Assembly (NCBI GenBank): GCA_041740355.1
Contig: JBGSMD010000036.1
Span: 1 to 17,085 of the forward strand
Reading direction: 5' to 3'
From: Bdellovibrionota bacterium
GTDB taxonomy: Bacteria; Bdellovibrionota_C; UBA2361; CALJRW01
Length of the DNA stretch: 17,085 bases
The notes beneath the pieces were generated by a model that searched no databases, was not told where the DNA came from, and was given only the letters and a program-made list of their open reading frames with translations. Made by a program: the position numbers and the translations under genes. How positions within the stretch are numbered: the first letter of the stretch is position 1; every line of letters starts with the position of its first letter. Below are positions 6,838 through 15,680 of the stretch, in pieces.

Positions 6838-7494
6838 ATGACTGAAATTAAAGCCTCTGATGTAAAAAATTTAAGAGAGATTACTGGTGCTGGAATGATG
6901 GATTGCAAGAAAGCTTTACAAGAAGCTAATGGCGATCAAGAAAAAGCAATCGAAGCACTTCGCAAGATGGGCTTAAAAAGCGTTACAAAACGTGCCGGTA
7001 AAGTTGCCGCTGAAGGTTTTATTGGTATGTACCTTCATGCTGGTGGACAGATCGCTGCGATTGTTGAACTAAACTGTGAAACAGATTTCGTAGCTCGCGG
7101 AGATGAATTCCAAGATTGTGCTAAAGGTATAGCCATGCATGTTGCGGCAATGAAACCTGCCTACTTACAAGAATCTGATATTCCAGAAGCGATCATTGAA
7201 AAAGAAAAACAATTAGTTTTTGATAGTTTAAAAGAAAATCAAAAAGATATGGCTGAGAAAATTACGGCAGGTAAGCTTCGTAAGTTCTACGAAGATAACT
7301 GTTTAGTTCATCAGCCTTATGTCAAAGATGATTCTGGAAAATTAACTATTGCTCAGTTAGTAGAAAATTTGAGCGCTAAAGTAGGTGAGAAAGTTACTGT
7401 TCGTCGCTTTGCCGTTTTTGAAGTCGGTGAAGGGATTGAGAAAGAAGTAACAGACTTAGCCGCAGAAGTTCAAGCAACACTTGCTGGCGTTTAA
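6838..7494 (+). CDS. tsf: Elongation factor Ts (short ~200-aa type)
   Basis: VKNLREITGAGMMDCKKAL, AAEG, ELNCETDFVA, MHVAA, VRRF..FEVGEG. Confidence 0.98.
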   Translation: MTEIKASDVKNLREITGAGMMDCKKALQEANGDQEKAIEALRKMGLKSVTKRAGKVAAEGFIGMYLHAGGQIAAIVELNCETDFVARGDEFQDCAKGIAMHVAAMKPAYLQESDIPEAIIEKEKQLVFDSLKENQKDMAEKITAGKLRKFYEDNCLVHQPYVKDDSGKLTIAQLVENLSAKVGEKVTVRRFAVFEVGEGIEKEVTDLAAEVQATLAGV

Positions 7495-7517
7495 TTGCTA
7501 GTTTAGTTAGCTTCAGG

Positions 7518-7557
7518 TTGTTGCAAAGCTGTTGTTTCGTTAGGCACTTTGCAACAA
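7518..7557 (+). terminator. Inverted repeat between tsf and pyrH
   Basis: TTGTTGCAAAG (7518-7528)/CTTTGCAACAA (7547-7557), perfect 11 bp; no U-tract, so function is uncertain. Confidence 0.4.
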
Positions 7558-7609
7558 TCCCAATAATGAGACTAGCGTTTGCTAACCTTATTTTTAATTA
7601 TAAGAATCT

Positions 7610-8326
7610 ATGTATCAGCCCGTAAAATATCGTCGTGTTTTATTAAAACTTAGTGGTGAAATTTTAGCGGGTACTGATGGGCATGGAATCTCCTCTGAAG
7701 TAATTACGCAACTTGTTCGTGAAATTAAGAGTGTCGTTGATTTAGGGGTGCAACTTTGCATTGTAATTGGAGGCGGCAATATCTTCCGCGGAGTTCAAGC
7801 AGGAGCCAAAGGTTTGGACCGAGTTTCTGGTGACTACATGGGAATGTTAGCAACTGCCATCAATGCCTTAGCCCTCCAAGATATTCTAGAAAAAAATGGC
7901 GTTTACACGAGAGTAATGTCAGCTATTAACATGCCAGAAGTTGCTGAGCCCTACATTCGTCGTCGGGCCATGAGACACATGGAGAAAAATCGGGTGATCA
8001 TTTTTGCCTCTGGTACTGGTAATCCTTATTTCACAACAGATACTGCTGCCAGTCTTCGTGCCATGGAAATGAGTGCTGAAATCCTTCTTAAGGGTACTAA
8101 AGTTGATGCGATTTACGACAAGGATCCGGTATTACATCCTGATGCCGTGGCTTACCAAAGCGTGAGTTTTATGGAAGTTTTACAAAAAGGTTTAAAGGTG
8201 ATGGACTCCACAGCAATTTCACTTTGTATGGATAATAAGTTACCAATAATTGTTTTTAATGTATTATCGGAAGGTGCTTTAAAAGCTGTGATTGTAGGTG
8301 AGCAAGTTGGAACCTACGTAAGTTAA
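7610..8326 (+). CDS. pyrH: UMP kinase
   Basis: [47 protein letters not shown]. Confidence 0.98.
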   Translation: MYQPVKYRRVLLKLSGEILAGTDGHGISSEVITQLVREIKSVVDLGVQLCIVIGGGNIFRGVQAGAKGLDRVSGDYMGMLATAINALALQDILEKNGVYTRVMSAINMPEVAEPYIRRRAMRHMEKNRVIIFASGTGNPYFTTDTAASLRAMEMSAEILLKGTKVDAIYDKDPVLHPDAVAYQSVSFMEVLQKGLKVMDSTAISLCMDNKLPIIVFNVLSEGALKAVIVGEQVGTYVS

Positions 8327-8418
8327 TAAGTCGGTATCAACTTTTGTAAGCGTTGGGCCTAATCGTTTTTAATTCAAGATTCGCCGGCTAAACAGCTAAG
8401 ATTTTTTAGGAGTGAATT

Positions 8419-8973
8419 ATGAAAACAACAATCAGTACATTTCAAGCAAACTGTAAAAAAACTCTCGACCACTTAAAGCACGAACTAGTAAAAGTTAGAA
8501 CAGGTCGAGCGACTTCTGGAATGCTGGAAGGAGTTTATGTGGACTACTATGGTTCCTCCACTCCTCTAATTCAGTTAGGCTTAATTAACGTTCCCGAACC
8601 TCGAATGATTACGGTTCAAGTTTATGATTCAAGTGCACTAGATGCCGTAGAAAAGGCAATTCAACAAGCGGGCCTGGGACTTAACCCAGCACGTGATGGA
8701 AGTATGATTCGAGTACCAGTTCCAGCATTAACGGAAGAGCGTCGTAAAGATATTGTTAAAGGCTTAGGCAAAACTGCCGAAGAAAGTAAGATTGTTATTA
8801 GGAATTATCGTCGTGATGCTAATGACACTCTTAAAAAATTAAAAGATGATAAATCAATTAACGAAGATGATTGCAAACGTGGCGAGAATGAAGTTCAAAA
8901 ACTAACTGATCAATGTATAAAAGATATCGATCTTCTGATGAAAGAAAAAGAAGTCGAGATAATGGCAGTTTAA
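8419..8973 (+). CDS. frr: Ribosome recycling factor
   Basis: VRTGRA, VDYYGS.TPL, LGLNP, VPALTEERRK, IRNYRRDAN; AGGAG RBS. Confidence 0.98.
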   Translation: MKTTISTFQANCKKTLDHLKHELVKVRTGRATSGMLEGVYVDYYGSSTPLIQLGLINVPEPRMITVQVYDSSALDAVEKAIQQAGLGLNPARDGSMIRVPVPALTEERRKDIVKGLGKTAEESKIVIRNYRRDANDTLKKLKDDKSINEDDCKRGENEVQKLTDQCIKDIDLLMKEKEVEIMAV

Positions 8974-9105
8974 TTATAGTAAACCCAAGAAGAAATTTTA
9001 AAAAGTTTTTCTGAATTCTTGTTGGGTTAACTATTGATGTTGTTTTTAGCAATGCGAATCAAGAATCCAAGATTTGCATTAGCTTTGATTAACCACTTTT
9101 AATTT
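8973..9105 (-). repeat. Dispersed palindromic repeat, copy 2 (inverted relative to copy 1)
   Basis: IR ATAGTAAACCCAA (8976-8988)/TTGGGTTAACTAT (9022-9034) with 33-nt spacer; ATGTTGTTTTTAGC (9037-9050) and AATCCAAGATTTGCATTAGC (9064-9083) are reverse complements of copy 1. Confidence 0.85.
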
Positions 9106-9125
9106 GAAATTTAATACAAGATTCA

Positions 9126-9848
9126 TTGCACCAAGATCAATTCACAATCACTAATATTCCTCAGCATATTGCCATTATCATGGACGGTAATGGTCGCTGG
9201 GCAAAAGCAAGAGGCATGGCTAGGTATGAAGGTCATACTCAAGGGGCCAAGGCCGTTAAAACTCTGGTAAAAGAAGCGCGTGAATTAGGTATTAAGTATT
9301 TGACGCTCTACACCTTCTCCTCTGAAAATTGGAATCGACCCGCAATCGAAATAGCAGCCCTGATGAAATTACTAGAAATTTATTTAAGTTCTGAACTTAA
9401 GAATTTCATTGAGCAGGGCGTCCGGCTTAGAACAATAGGCGATCTTTCCAGTATGCCTGAAAAGTTACAAAAATTAATCGCTAAATCCGAAGAGTCAACT
9501 AAGCATTTAAAGGAAATGGAGCTGATTTTGGCACTTTCTTATGGGGGGCGTCAGGAGATTGTTAATACTGTTCAAAAGATTGCCGGCCAAGTTAAAGCCG
9601 GAGACGTTGCTATTTCTGAAATTAACGAGGATTTATTCTCTAAGGAGCTCTATACTAAAGATTGGCCAGATCCAGAATTGCTAATTAGAACAAGCAACGA
9701 ACAACGATTATCTAATTTTCTACTTTGGCAATTATCTTATGCGGAATTCATTTTTGTTCCTGAATTATGGCCAGATTTTACCCCTGATGTTTTCCGAAGA
9801 TGTATTGTAGAGTATAACAGACGTCAGAGACGTTTTGGTAAAGTTTAA
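9126..9848 (+). CDS. uppS: Undecaprenyl diphosphate synthase
   Basis: HIAIIMDGNGRWA, YTFSSENWNRP, LSYGGRQEI, LIRTSNEQRLSNFLLWQ, RRFG; TTG start. Confidence 0.97.
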   Translation: MHQDQFTITNIPQHIAIIMDGNGRWAKARGMARYEGHTQGAKAVKTLVKEARELGIKYLTLYTFSSENWNRPAIEIAALMKLLEIYLSSELKNFIEQGVRLRTIGDLSSMPEKLQKLIAKSEESTKHLKEMELILALSYGGRQEIVNTVQKIAGQVKAGDVAISEINEDLFSKELYTKDWPDPELLIRTSNEQRLSNFLLWQLSYAEFIFVPELWPDFTPDVFRRCIVEYNRRQRRFGKV

Positions 9849-9870
9849 ACGCTTAGCTTTTGGCTGATCA

Positions 9871-10017
9871 CGAATTAAAAAAAACTTAACAAAATACTCG
9901 TCGTATTTATTTTCACCTCTTGGAACGGCAGCGAGTTTAGGACTAAAACTACAAGTTCTAGTTTGTTGCAAAAGGAGAGAAGGAAGCACTTGGGTTTTTG
10001 CTAAGTTTTTTAATTCG
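9871..10017 (+). ncRNA. Candidate rod-like structured RNA or IR-bounded element between uppS and cdsA
   Basis: Nested pairings CGAATT(A8)CTTAACAAAA/TTTTGCTAAG(T6)AATTCG, ACTCG/TGGGT, CTCTT/AGGAG, GCAGCGA/TTGTTGC, TAGGACT/AGTTCTA; six G-U pairs on the + strand. Confidence 0.4.
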
Positions 10018-10117
10018 ACCTTCGATCACTTTCGAATCGTTTAGAGAAGCTTTTCTGTGTCGAGTTATACAATGACTGAATAATTAACTTAGTTTGTTAT
10101 TCTATTTATTAATATTA

Positions 10118-10963
10118 ATGATCACTATTCAATTAAAAACTAGAATTATTACTGCCGTTATTATGGCAATTGTCTTTCTGTTTTTATTATTCCTTTTAAA
10201 AACGGATTTGCTTTATCTGCCATTTCTTTCCTGCTTAGCATTTTCTGGTTTTACTTTTTTGGCCATCACCGAATTGGCTCAATTAGGTTCTGCCGCTGTT
10301 CATCGCACTATTTCAAAGTATACTTTTCTGTTCTTTTTTAGTTTACCGCTATTTGCTTTTCTAATTAACAACTATTATTTCGAAGCCTATTTACCAATGG
10401 GGATGGTTCTATTATTTACCGCTGGATTTTTCTGTTGTTATGGAATGGTTATAGGTCGAGAAAATTTGTATTTAACAAATAATCTTTATCGATTCTTATT
10501 TCCGGCATTTATAATAATTAATGGACTCTTAAGTTTATTACACTTAATTATTATTGAACGAGATATTCCAGCTATTCTCTGGCTTATTCTAGTAGTAGCT
10601 CTTAACGATTCTTGTGCCTATTTTATTGGGAAAAAATATGGCAAGACACCTCTGGCAATGGCCATTTCGCCCAATAAAACAATTGGTGGTATGTGGGGTG
10701 GGGTGTTAATTGCAGTTGCGATTGGAGTGTATCTTTTAAGGTTTGTCTACCCAAATTTCAATTTAGCAGTACAAACGTTGCTGGTAAGTTTGGTAGTAAT
10801 TTTTGCAATTTTTGGTGATTTAATTGAGTCCTATCTAAAGCGCAATTCAGGTTTTAAGGATAGTTCACAATTATTACCCGGACATGGTGGAATATTAGAT
10901 CGGATTGATGGCTTGCTAATGGCTGCGCCAATAGTTTTAATTTTTGATAATTTTTACGTATGA
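10118..10963 (+). CDS. cdsA: Phosphatidate cytidylyltransferase (start probably ATG 10118 rather than TTG 10094)
   Basis: LKTRIITA N-terminus, multiple TM segments, NDSCAYFIG, ISPNKT, GDLIESYLKR, KDSSQLLPGHGGILDRID. Confidence 0.95.
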   Translation: MITIQLKTRIITAVIMAIVFLFLLFLLKTDLLYLPFLSCLAFSGFTFLAITELAQLGSAAVHRTISKYTFLFFFSLPLFAFLINNYYFEAYLPMGMVLLFTAGFFCCYGMVIGRENLYLTNNLYRFLFPAFIIINGLLSLLHLIIIERDIPAILWLILVVALNDSCAYFIGKKYGKTPLAMAISPNKTIGGMWGGVLIAVAIGVYLLRFVYPNFNLAVQTLLVSLVVIFAIFGDLIESYLKRNSGFKDSSQLLPGHGGILDRIDGLLMAAPIVLIFDNFYV

Positions 10964-12141
10964 TTTTAGCTTTCATTTTTAAGATTCTTTTAGCCCTACT
11001 AGTACTTAGTATTCTAGTTTTTATTCATGAGTTAGGACATTTTCTATTTGCTAAATGGAATAAAGTAACTGTCTTAGAATTTGCTGTCGGTTTTGGCCCT
11101 GTGATTTGGCAAAAGAAAGTAGGTACTACAAATTATGCCCTGCGTTTAATTCCCCTGGGTGGTTATGTACGCATGGCAGGTGACGACTATAATAAATATT
11201 ACAAAGAAGAAGGTGAAGATTTTAATAAAACAGAAGTAGATCCATTCCTGATCCAAGCAGTTGGTCCGATTGAAAAAGAAATCTTAGAAGATCGCAGCAG
11301 GTGGTTCTTTGAGAAAGGAATTTTAGCTAGAAGTTCAATTGTTTTTGCCGGACCACTTTTTAACTTTATTTTGGCTTGGGTCTTAATTTTTAGTGTTTAT
11401 ATTATTTTTGGTGCTAGCAAGCCAAGTAATGAACCCCGAATTGGTGAAATAATTCCTGGATATCCAGCGGAAGATGCAGGAATTAAAGTTGGTGATGTTA
11501 TTAAGTCAATCGATGGTAAAAAGGTAGTTACTTGGGAAGATCTTGTCGCTGATATAAAACTTGCCAAAGAGAATCCGGTTCTAGTTGAACTGGTTCGCGA
11601 AGAAAATGGTGCTAAGCAAGATTTGTCCTTAACACTAACTCCCAAAATGGAGAGCACTGAAATGCAGTTGGTTAGTGGTGAAAAGAATCCCAAAACTCGC
11701 TATTTAATTGGGATTCAAGCTTCATTCGATAAGGAGCAGATTGGGCTGATTGAGGCAGTTAAAGCTAGTACTTATCAGGTATATTATACTTCATGGATCT
11801 CACTTAAAAGTGTTTGGTACTTAGTCTCGGGAGCAATCTCAGCTAAGCATATTGGTGGACCAATCACAATCGTTCAAGAGACAGTAAAATCTTCGGAGCG
11901 AGGAATGGAGAGATTACTAATGTTTGTCTCCTTTATTAGCATCTCACTAGCTGTTCTTAATTTACTACCTATCCCGGTATTAGATGGTGGTCACTTGTTG
12001 ATGTTTTTATTAGAAGCAATTAATGGGGGACGCTTAAATAAAAAATTCATGGATTACGCTAATCAGCTCGGATTATTTTTATTACTTTCTTTAATGATAT
12101 TTGCAATTGGTAATGATCTCTTTCGCTTAGTTGTGAACTAA
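10960..12141 (+). CDS. rseP: RIP metalloprotease RseP
   Basis: HELGH zinc motif, GFGP, IPLGGYV, AGPLFN, one PDZ domain, NLLPIPVLDGG; ATGA overlap with cdsA. Confidence 0.96.
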   Translation: MILAFIFKILLALLVLSILVFIHELGHFLFAKWNKVTVLEFAVGFGPVIWQKKVGTTNYALRLIPLGGYVRMAGDDYNKYYKEEGEDFNKTEVDPFLIQAVGPIEKEILEDRSRWFFEKGILARSSIVFAGPLFNFILAWVLIFSVYIIFGASKPSNEPRIGEIIPGYPAEDAGIKVGDVIKSIDGKKVVTWEDLVADIKLAKENPVLVELVREENGAKQDLSLTLTPKMESTEMQLVSGEKNPKTRYLIGIQASFDKEQIGLIEAVKASTYQVYYTSWISLKSVWYLVSGAISAKHIGGPITIVQETVKSSERGMERLLMFVSFISISLAVLNLLPIPVLDGGHLLMFLLEAINGGRLNKKFMDYANQLGLFLLLSLMIFAIGNDLFRLVVN

Positions 12142-12837
12142 ATGGCAGTCTTAGCAGTAGATACTAGTTCGCCGATTGCTTCGTTGAGTATTGGTAAGTC
12201 TGATGGAACGATAGTTAGTATCGAAGCCAAGAATCCTAACAGTCATATTGAAACCTTATCTTTATTATTAGATCAGCTGTTACTTAAAAGTCAGATCAAA
12301 ATTAAGGACTTGGAAAGTATCATTCTAGGCGCAGGTCCTGGTTCTTTTACAGGTCTTAGGATTGGTTACTCTTTTGTTGCCGGATTAGCAGTTGCTCTAA
12401 AAATTCCTGTTGCTCAGATCTCTAGTCTACAAGCAGCTACCAATTTAGATCTTTCTGAGGGATTACAAGTAGTACTTGTAGATGCTAGAAGAGGGGAATA
12501 TTTTGCTGGCATTTATCAATTTGTCGGCAATCGATTACTGTCTGTCTGGCCTGAACAGATCATAGAATTGCAGTATTTAGCAGATATATTATCCCAAAAA
12601 TTAGTGGATTTAAGCCTATTACCCTCAGATTTAAAAATATATGCATCTGAGTCAATCACTTTGTTAAATCAAATAAGCTCTCAAATTCCATTTTCTTTAA
12701 GTGCTAATCTAATAAAAATTAACAAGTTAAACCCACTTAATCTTCCAGAGTTTTCTGTTAATGCGGTCTCTAATCTAACACCAAATTATTTGCGCCTTGT
12801 AGCTGCAGTCAAGTTAAATGAACCAAGAACTGTTTAA
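12142..12837 (+). CDS. tsaB: tRNA threonylcarbamoyladenosine biosynthesis protein TsaB (YeaZ)
   Basis: LAVDTS, H.E.L, GPGSFTGLRIG, DARRGE.F, C-terminal PNYLR. Confidence 0.92.
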   Translation: MAVLAVDTSSPIASLSIGKSDGTIVSIEAKNPNSHIETLSLLLDQLLLKSQIKIKDLESIILGAGPGSFTGLRIGYSFVAGLAVALKIPVAQISSLQAATNLDLSEGLQVVLVDARRGEYFAGIYQFVGNRLLSVWPEQIIELQYLADILSQKLVDLSLLPSDLKIYASESITLLNQISSQIPFSLSANLIKINKLNPLNLPEFSVNAVSNLTPNYLRLVAAVKLNEPRTV

Positions 12838-12847
12838 ATCTTCACTA

Positions 12848-12875
12848 TTGACAGTGACTAAAGTTATGGTAGATT
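12848..12875 (+). promoter_or_regulatory. Sigma70-type promoter for rho
   Basis: TTGACA (12848-12853), 16-bp spacer, TG-n-TAGATT (12867-12875). Confidence 0.65.
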
Positions 12876-13195
12876 GCAGCTGTCACGTTAATCCTGACAT
12901 CCTTTTTCTGCTGTCAAAACATCGCGGAAATCTTTCAAATAGAAAAAAATAAATCCTAATTTTTTGCAAGAAATCATAAAATATTAATCTTTTTATTTTT
13001 CCTATTAGATAATAAGCAAATCGTATTTGCTCAAAATTTATATTTACCAAATATTAATTTAAATTAAGTACGATAATTTTAAGCTAAAATATTTTTAGTT
13101 TGATTTGCGAAAACAACAGCAATAGTCGTCAAAAAATTCCTTTCTTAAATGTTGGAGTTAGATTGACAGCTATCAATTAAACTTTTTGAGGTTAT

Positions 13196-14449
13196 ATGAA
13201 TCTTAATGAATTAAAGGCTAAAAAGCCTGATGAACTACTAAAAATCGCCGAAGATCTGGGCGTTGAAGGTGCTAACACCATGCGCAAGCAAGATATGATT
13301 TTTGGTATTTTGACTGCCCAGTCAGAAACTAATGGTGCTATTTATGCTACTGGAGTGCTCGAATGCCTACAGGATGGCTATGGCTTCCTAAGAGCATCTG
13401 ATTATAGTTATCTTCCTGGCTCTGATGATATTTATGTTTCCCCTGCCCAAATCAAAAGATTTGGACTAAAGACCGGGGATACTGTCGATGGTCAGATTCG
13501 TCCACCAAGACAAAGAGAAGGCGAGCGTTACTTTGCGCTACTTAAAGTTAACAATGTTAACTACGATCCAATCGAAAATTTAAAAAAGAAAGTTCACTTT
13601 GATAACTTAACTCCAATTCACCCAATGGAAAAGTTTACCTTAGAAACTAAGGTTCCAAATTTAGCTTCGCGAATAATTGATATCTTTGCTCCGATTGGTA
13701 AAGGACAGAGAGCATTAATCGTTGCTCCACCAAAAGCTGGTAAAACTGTTTTGTTAAAAGATTTAGCACAGTCTATTTCTGAAAATCATCCCGACGCCTA
13801 TATCATTGTCTTACTTATTGATGAACGTCCTGAGGAAGTAACAGACATGCAACGTTCAGTGAAAGGTGAAGTAGTTAGTTCTACTTTTGATGAACCTGCT
13901 ACACGTCACGTACAGGTTGCTGAAATGGTAATCGAAAAAGCTAAGCGCTTAGTTGAACATGGTAAGGATGTGATTATTCTTTTAGATTCAATCACACGTT
14001 TAGCACGTGCTTATAACACTGTTGCTCCGGCCAGTGGCAAAGTGCTTTCAGGGGGTGTTGATTCCAACGCTCTGCAAAAACCAAAAAGATTTTTTGGTGC
14101 TGCTAGAAAGATTGAAGATGGTGGTAGCTTAACAATTATTGGTACTGCTTTAATTGATACTGGTTCACGAATGGATGAAGTAATTTTTGAAGAATTCAAA
14201 GGTACTGGTAACATGGAATTAGTTCTAGATCGTCGCTTGGCAGAAAGACGTCTATATCCGGCAGTGGATGTTAGTAAGTCTGCTACGCGAAAAGAAGAAT
14301 TATTACTTGATCCCGATACTTTTCATAAGAGCATCTTGCTTCGAAAAGTTTTAGCACCACTTGATGTGATTGCTACAATGGAATGGTTACAAGATAAAAT
14401 GAATTCATCGAAAACTAATCGTGAATTCTTTGATATGATGAAAGGATAG
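13196..14449 (+). CDS. rho: Transcription termination factor Rho
   Basis: [62 protein letters not shown]; GAGG RBS. Confidence 0.99.
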   Translation: MNLNELKAKKPDELLKIAEDLGVEGANTMRKQDMIFGILTAQSETNGAIYATGVLECLQDGYGFLRASDYSYLPGSDDIYVSPAQIKRFGLKTGDTVDGQIRPPRQREGERYFALLKVNNVNYDPIENLKKKVHFDNLTPIHPMEKFTLETKVPNLASRIIDIFAPIGKGQRALIVAPPKAGKTVLLKDLAQSISENHPDAYIIVLLIDERPEEVTDMQRSVKGEVVSSTFDEPATRHVQVAEMVIEKAKRLVEHGKDVIILLDSITRLARAYNTVAPASGKVLSGGVDSNALQKPKRFFGAARKIEDGGSLTIIGTALIDTGSRMDEVIFEEFKGTGNMELVLDRRLAERRLYPAVDVSKSATRKEELLLDPDTFHKSILLRKVLAPLDVIATMEWLQDKMNSSKTNREFFDMMKG

Positions 14450-14454
14450 CCATT

Positions 14455-14784
14455 ATGTCGAGGACTCTTTTAATTGTTGCCGATTTAGTTTCTAGACAAC
14501 AGGTTAAAGCAGTCCTCGATCATGATTCGGTCTTTATTAAATCATTAGATCAATTAGAAAATGAGCTAATAAATTCTACTCAGATTGTGCTTGATTTGAC
14601 TAATAACAAAATGGAATTAGAGCAAATTTTGGATGTAATTAAAAAACACAATAAAGTAGAGCAGACAATTTGTTTTTTTCCACACATTCAATCTGAGTTA
14701 GCAAATCAAGCTGCGGAAGCTGGATTTAGTAATATCCTGCCACGATCAAAGTTTTTTACTAGCCTGCAATCATTAAATGATTAA
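14455..14784 (+). CDS. Atypical single-domain receiver (CheY-like) protein
   Basis: Alternating beta/alpha pattern LLIVADL, IVLDL (putative phospho-Asp), ICFFPH, AAEAG, ILPRS; 109 aa. Confidence 0.55.
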   Translation: MSRTLLIVADLVSRQQVKAVLDHDSVFIKSLDQLENELINSTQIVLDLTNNKMELEQILDVIKKHNKVEQTICFFPHIQSELANQAAEAGFSNILPRSKFFTSLQSLND

Positions 14785-15145
14785 AAAACTATTCCTAATA
14801 GGGTTTTTAATTACTTTTCTGTTTTCATCGCTGGCACTTTTTATCCCAATTCTTTATCTCCGTTATGAAATTAAGAGTTTTCTTAATCGTTACTTAATAG
14901 AAGCTGTAATTCAACCTGATTCGGAAGTTAAAAAAAACATTACTAGCTATTTAGTAACGTTGGATCCAAATCTTGAAGTTATAGAAATTGAGGTAAAACG
15001 TACCGATATTTTAGCTCTATCACTAAGTTATCAACAAAATGCTTGTCTCGGTTTCATCCCAACCAAACCTTGTTTGTTTCCGATCAGATCAAAATTAATT
15101 CAAAGCAAAAAACTTTCTAATCAAAAATCCAATGAACAAAGATAG
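14777..15145 (+). CDS. Hypothetical protein with N-terminal transmembrane helix
   Basis: Hydrophobic LFLIGFLITFLFSSLALFIPILYL; overlaps both neighbours in an operon-like arrangement. Confidence 0.6.
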   Translation: MIKKLFLIGFLITFLFSSLALFIPILYLRYEIKSFLNRYLIEAVIQPDSEVKKNITSYLVTLDPNLEVIEIEVKRTDILALSLSYQQNACLGFIPTKPCLFPIRSKLIQSKKLSNQKSNEQR

Positions 15146-15680
15146 TCCTTGGCGAACACTAAGTAGTAAAGTTGTATATGATAATAATTGGTTAAGTTTA
15201 ATTGAAGATCAGTGTTTGGGACCGAATGATCTACCTACTAAATATACTTACCTCCATTGTAAAAAAGTTGCTGTCGGAGTCATTCCAATCGATCCATTTG
15301 GTTACACATGGTTAGTCGGCCAATATCGCTACCCCTTAAAAACTTATGAATGGGAAATTCCCATGGGTGGTTCTGAAGTCGGGGAAGACTTGTTAGATTG
15401 TGCCCAACGAGAGTTAGCAGAAGAAACGGGCTTAAAAGCTAATCAATGGGAGAAAATTTTAGAATTAGCACTTTCTGACTGTATCACTGATGAATTAGCT
15501 TGCGTTTACCTTGCTAAGGATTTAACTATGGGCATCGCAACACCGGAAGATACTGAGAAGTTAACTATAAAAAAAGTTTTATTTTCTGAAGCAGTGGAAA
15601 TGGTGATGGCAGGGGAGATTCGTGATTCAGTATCTGTTGCCGCAATTTTAAAAATTTATGCACTTAAGTTAGATGTTTGA
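15132..15680 (+). CDS. Nudix hydrolase (ADP-ribose pyrophosphatase-like)
   Basis: Nudix box GGSEVGEDLLDCAQRELAEETGL; LVGQYRYP, WEIP, GEIRD. Confidence 0.9.
   Translation: MNKDSPWRTLSSKVVYDNNWLSLIEDQCLGPNDLPTKYTYLHCKKVAVGVIPIDPFGYTWLVGQYRYPLKTYEWEIPMGGSEVGEDLLDCAQRELAEETGLKANQWEKILELALSDCITDELACVYLAKDLTMGIATPEDTEKLTIKKVLFSEAVEMVMAGEIRDSVSVAAILKIYALKLDV

Noticed and set aside
7518-7539. TTGTTGCAAA and GCTGTTGTTT 10-mers shared with 9963-9972 and the rho leader
   Set aside because: 10-bp AT-rich matches are expected by chance in this window; flanks do not align.
8858-9052. Minus-strand 64-aa ORF over the frr end and repeat copy 2 (and 9765-9989 over the uppS end)
   Set aside because: They overlap conserved genes antisense and run through palindromic non-coding DNA; no coding evidence.
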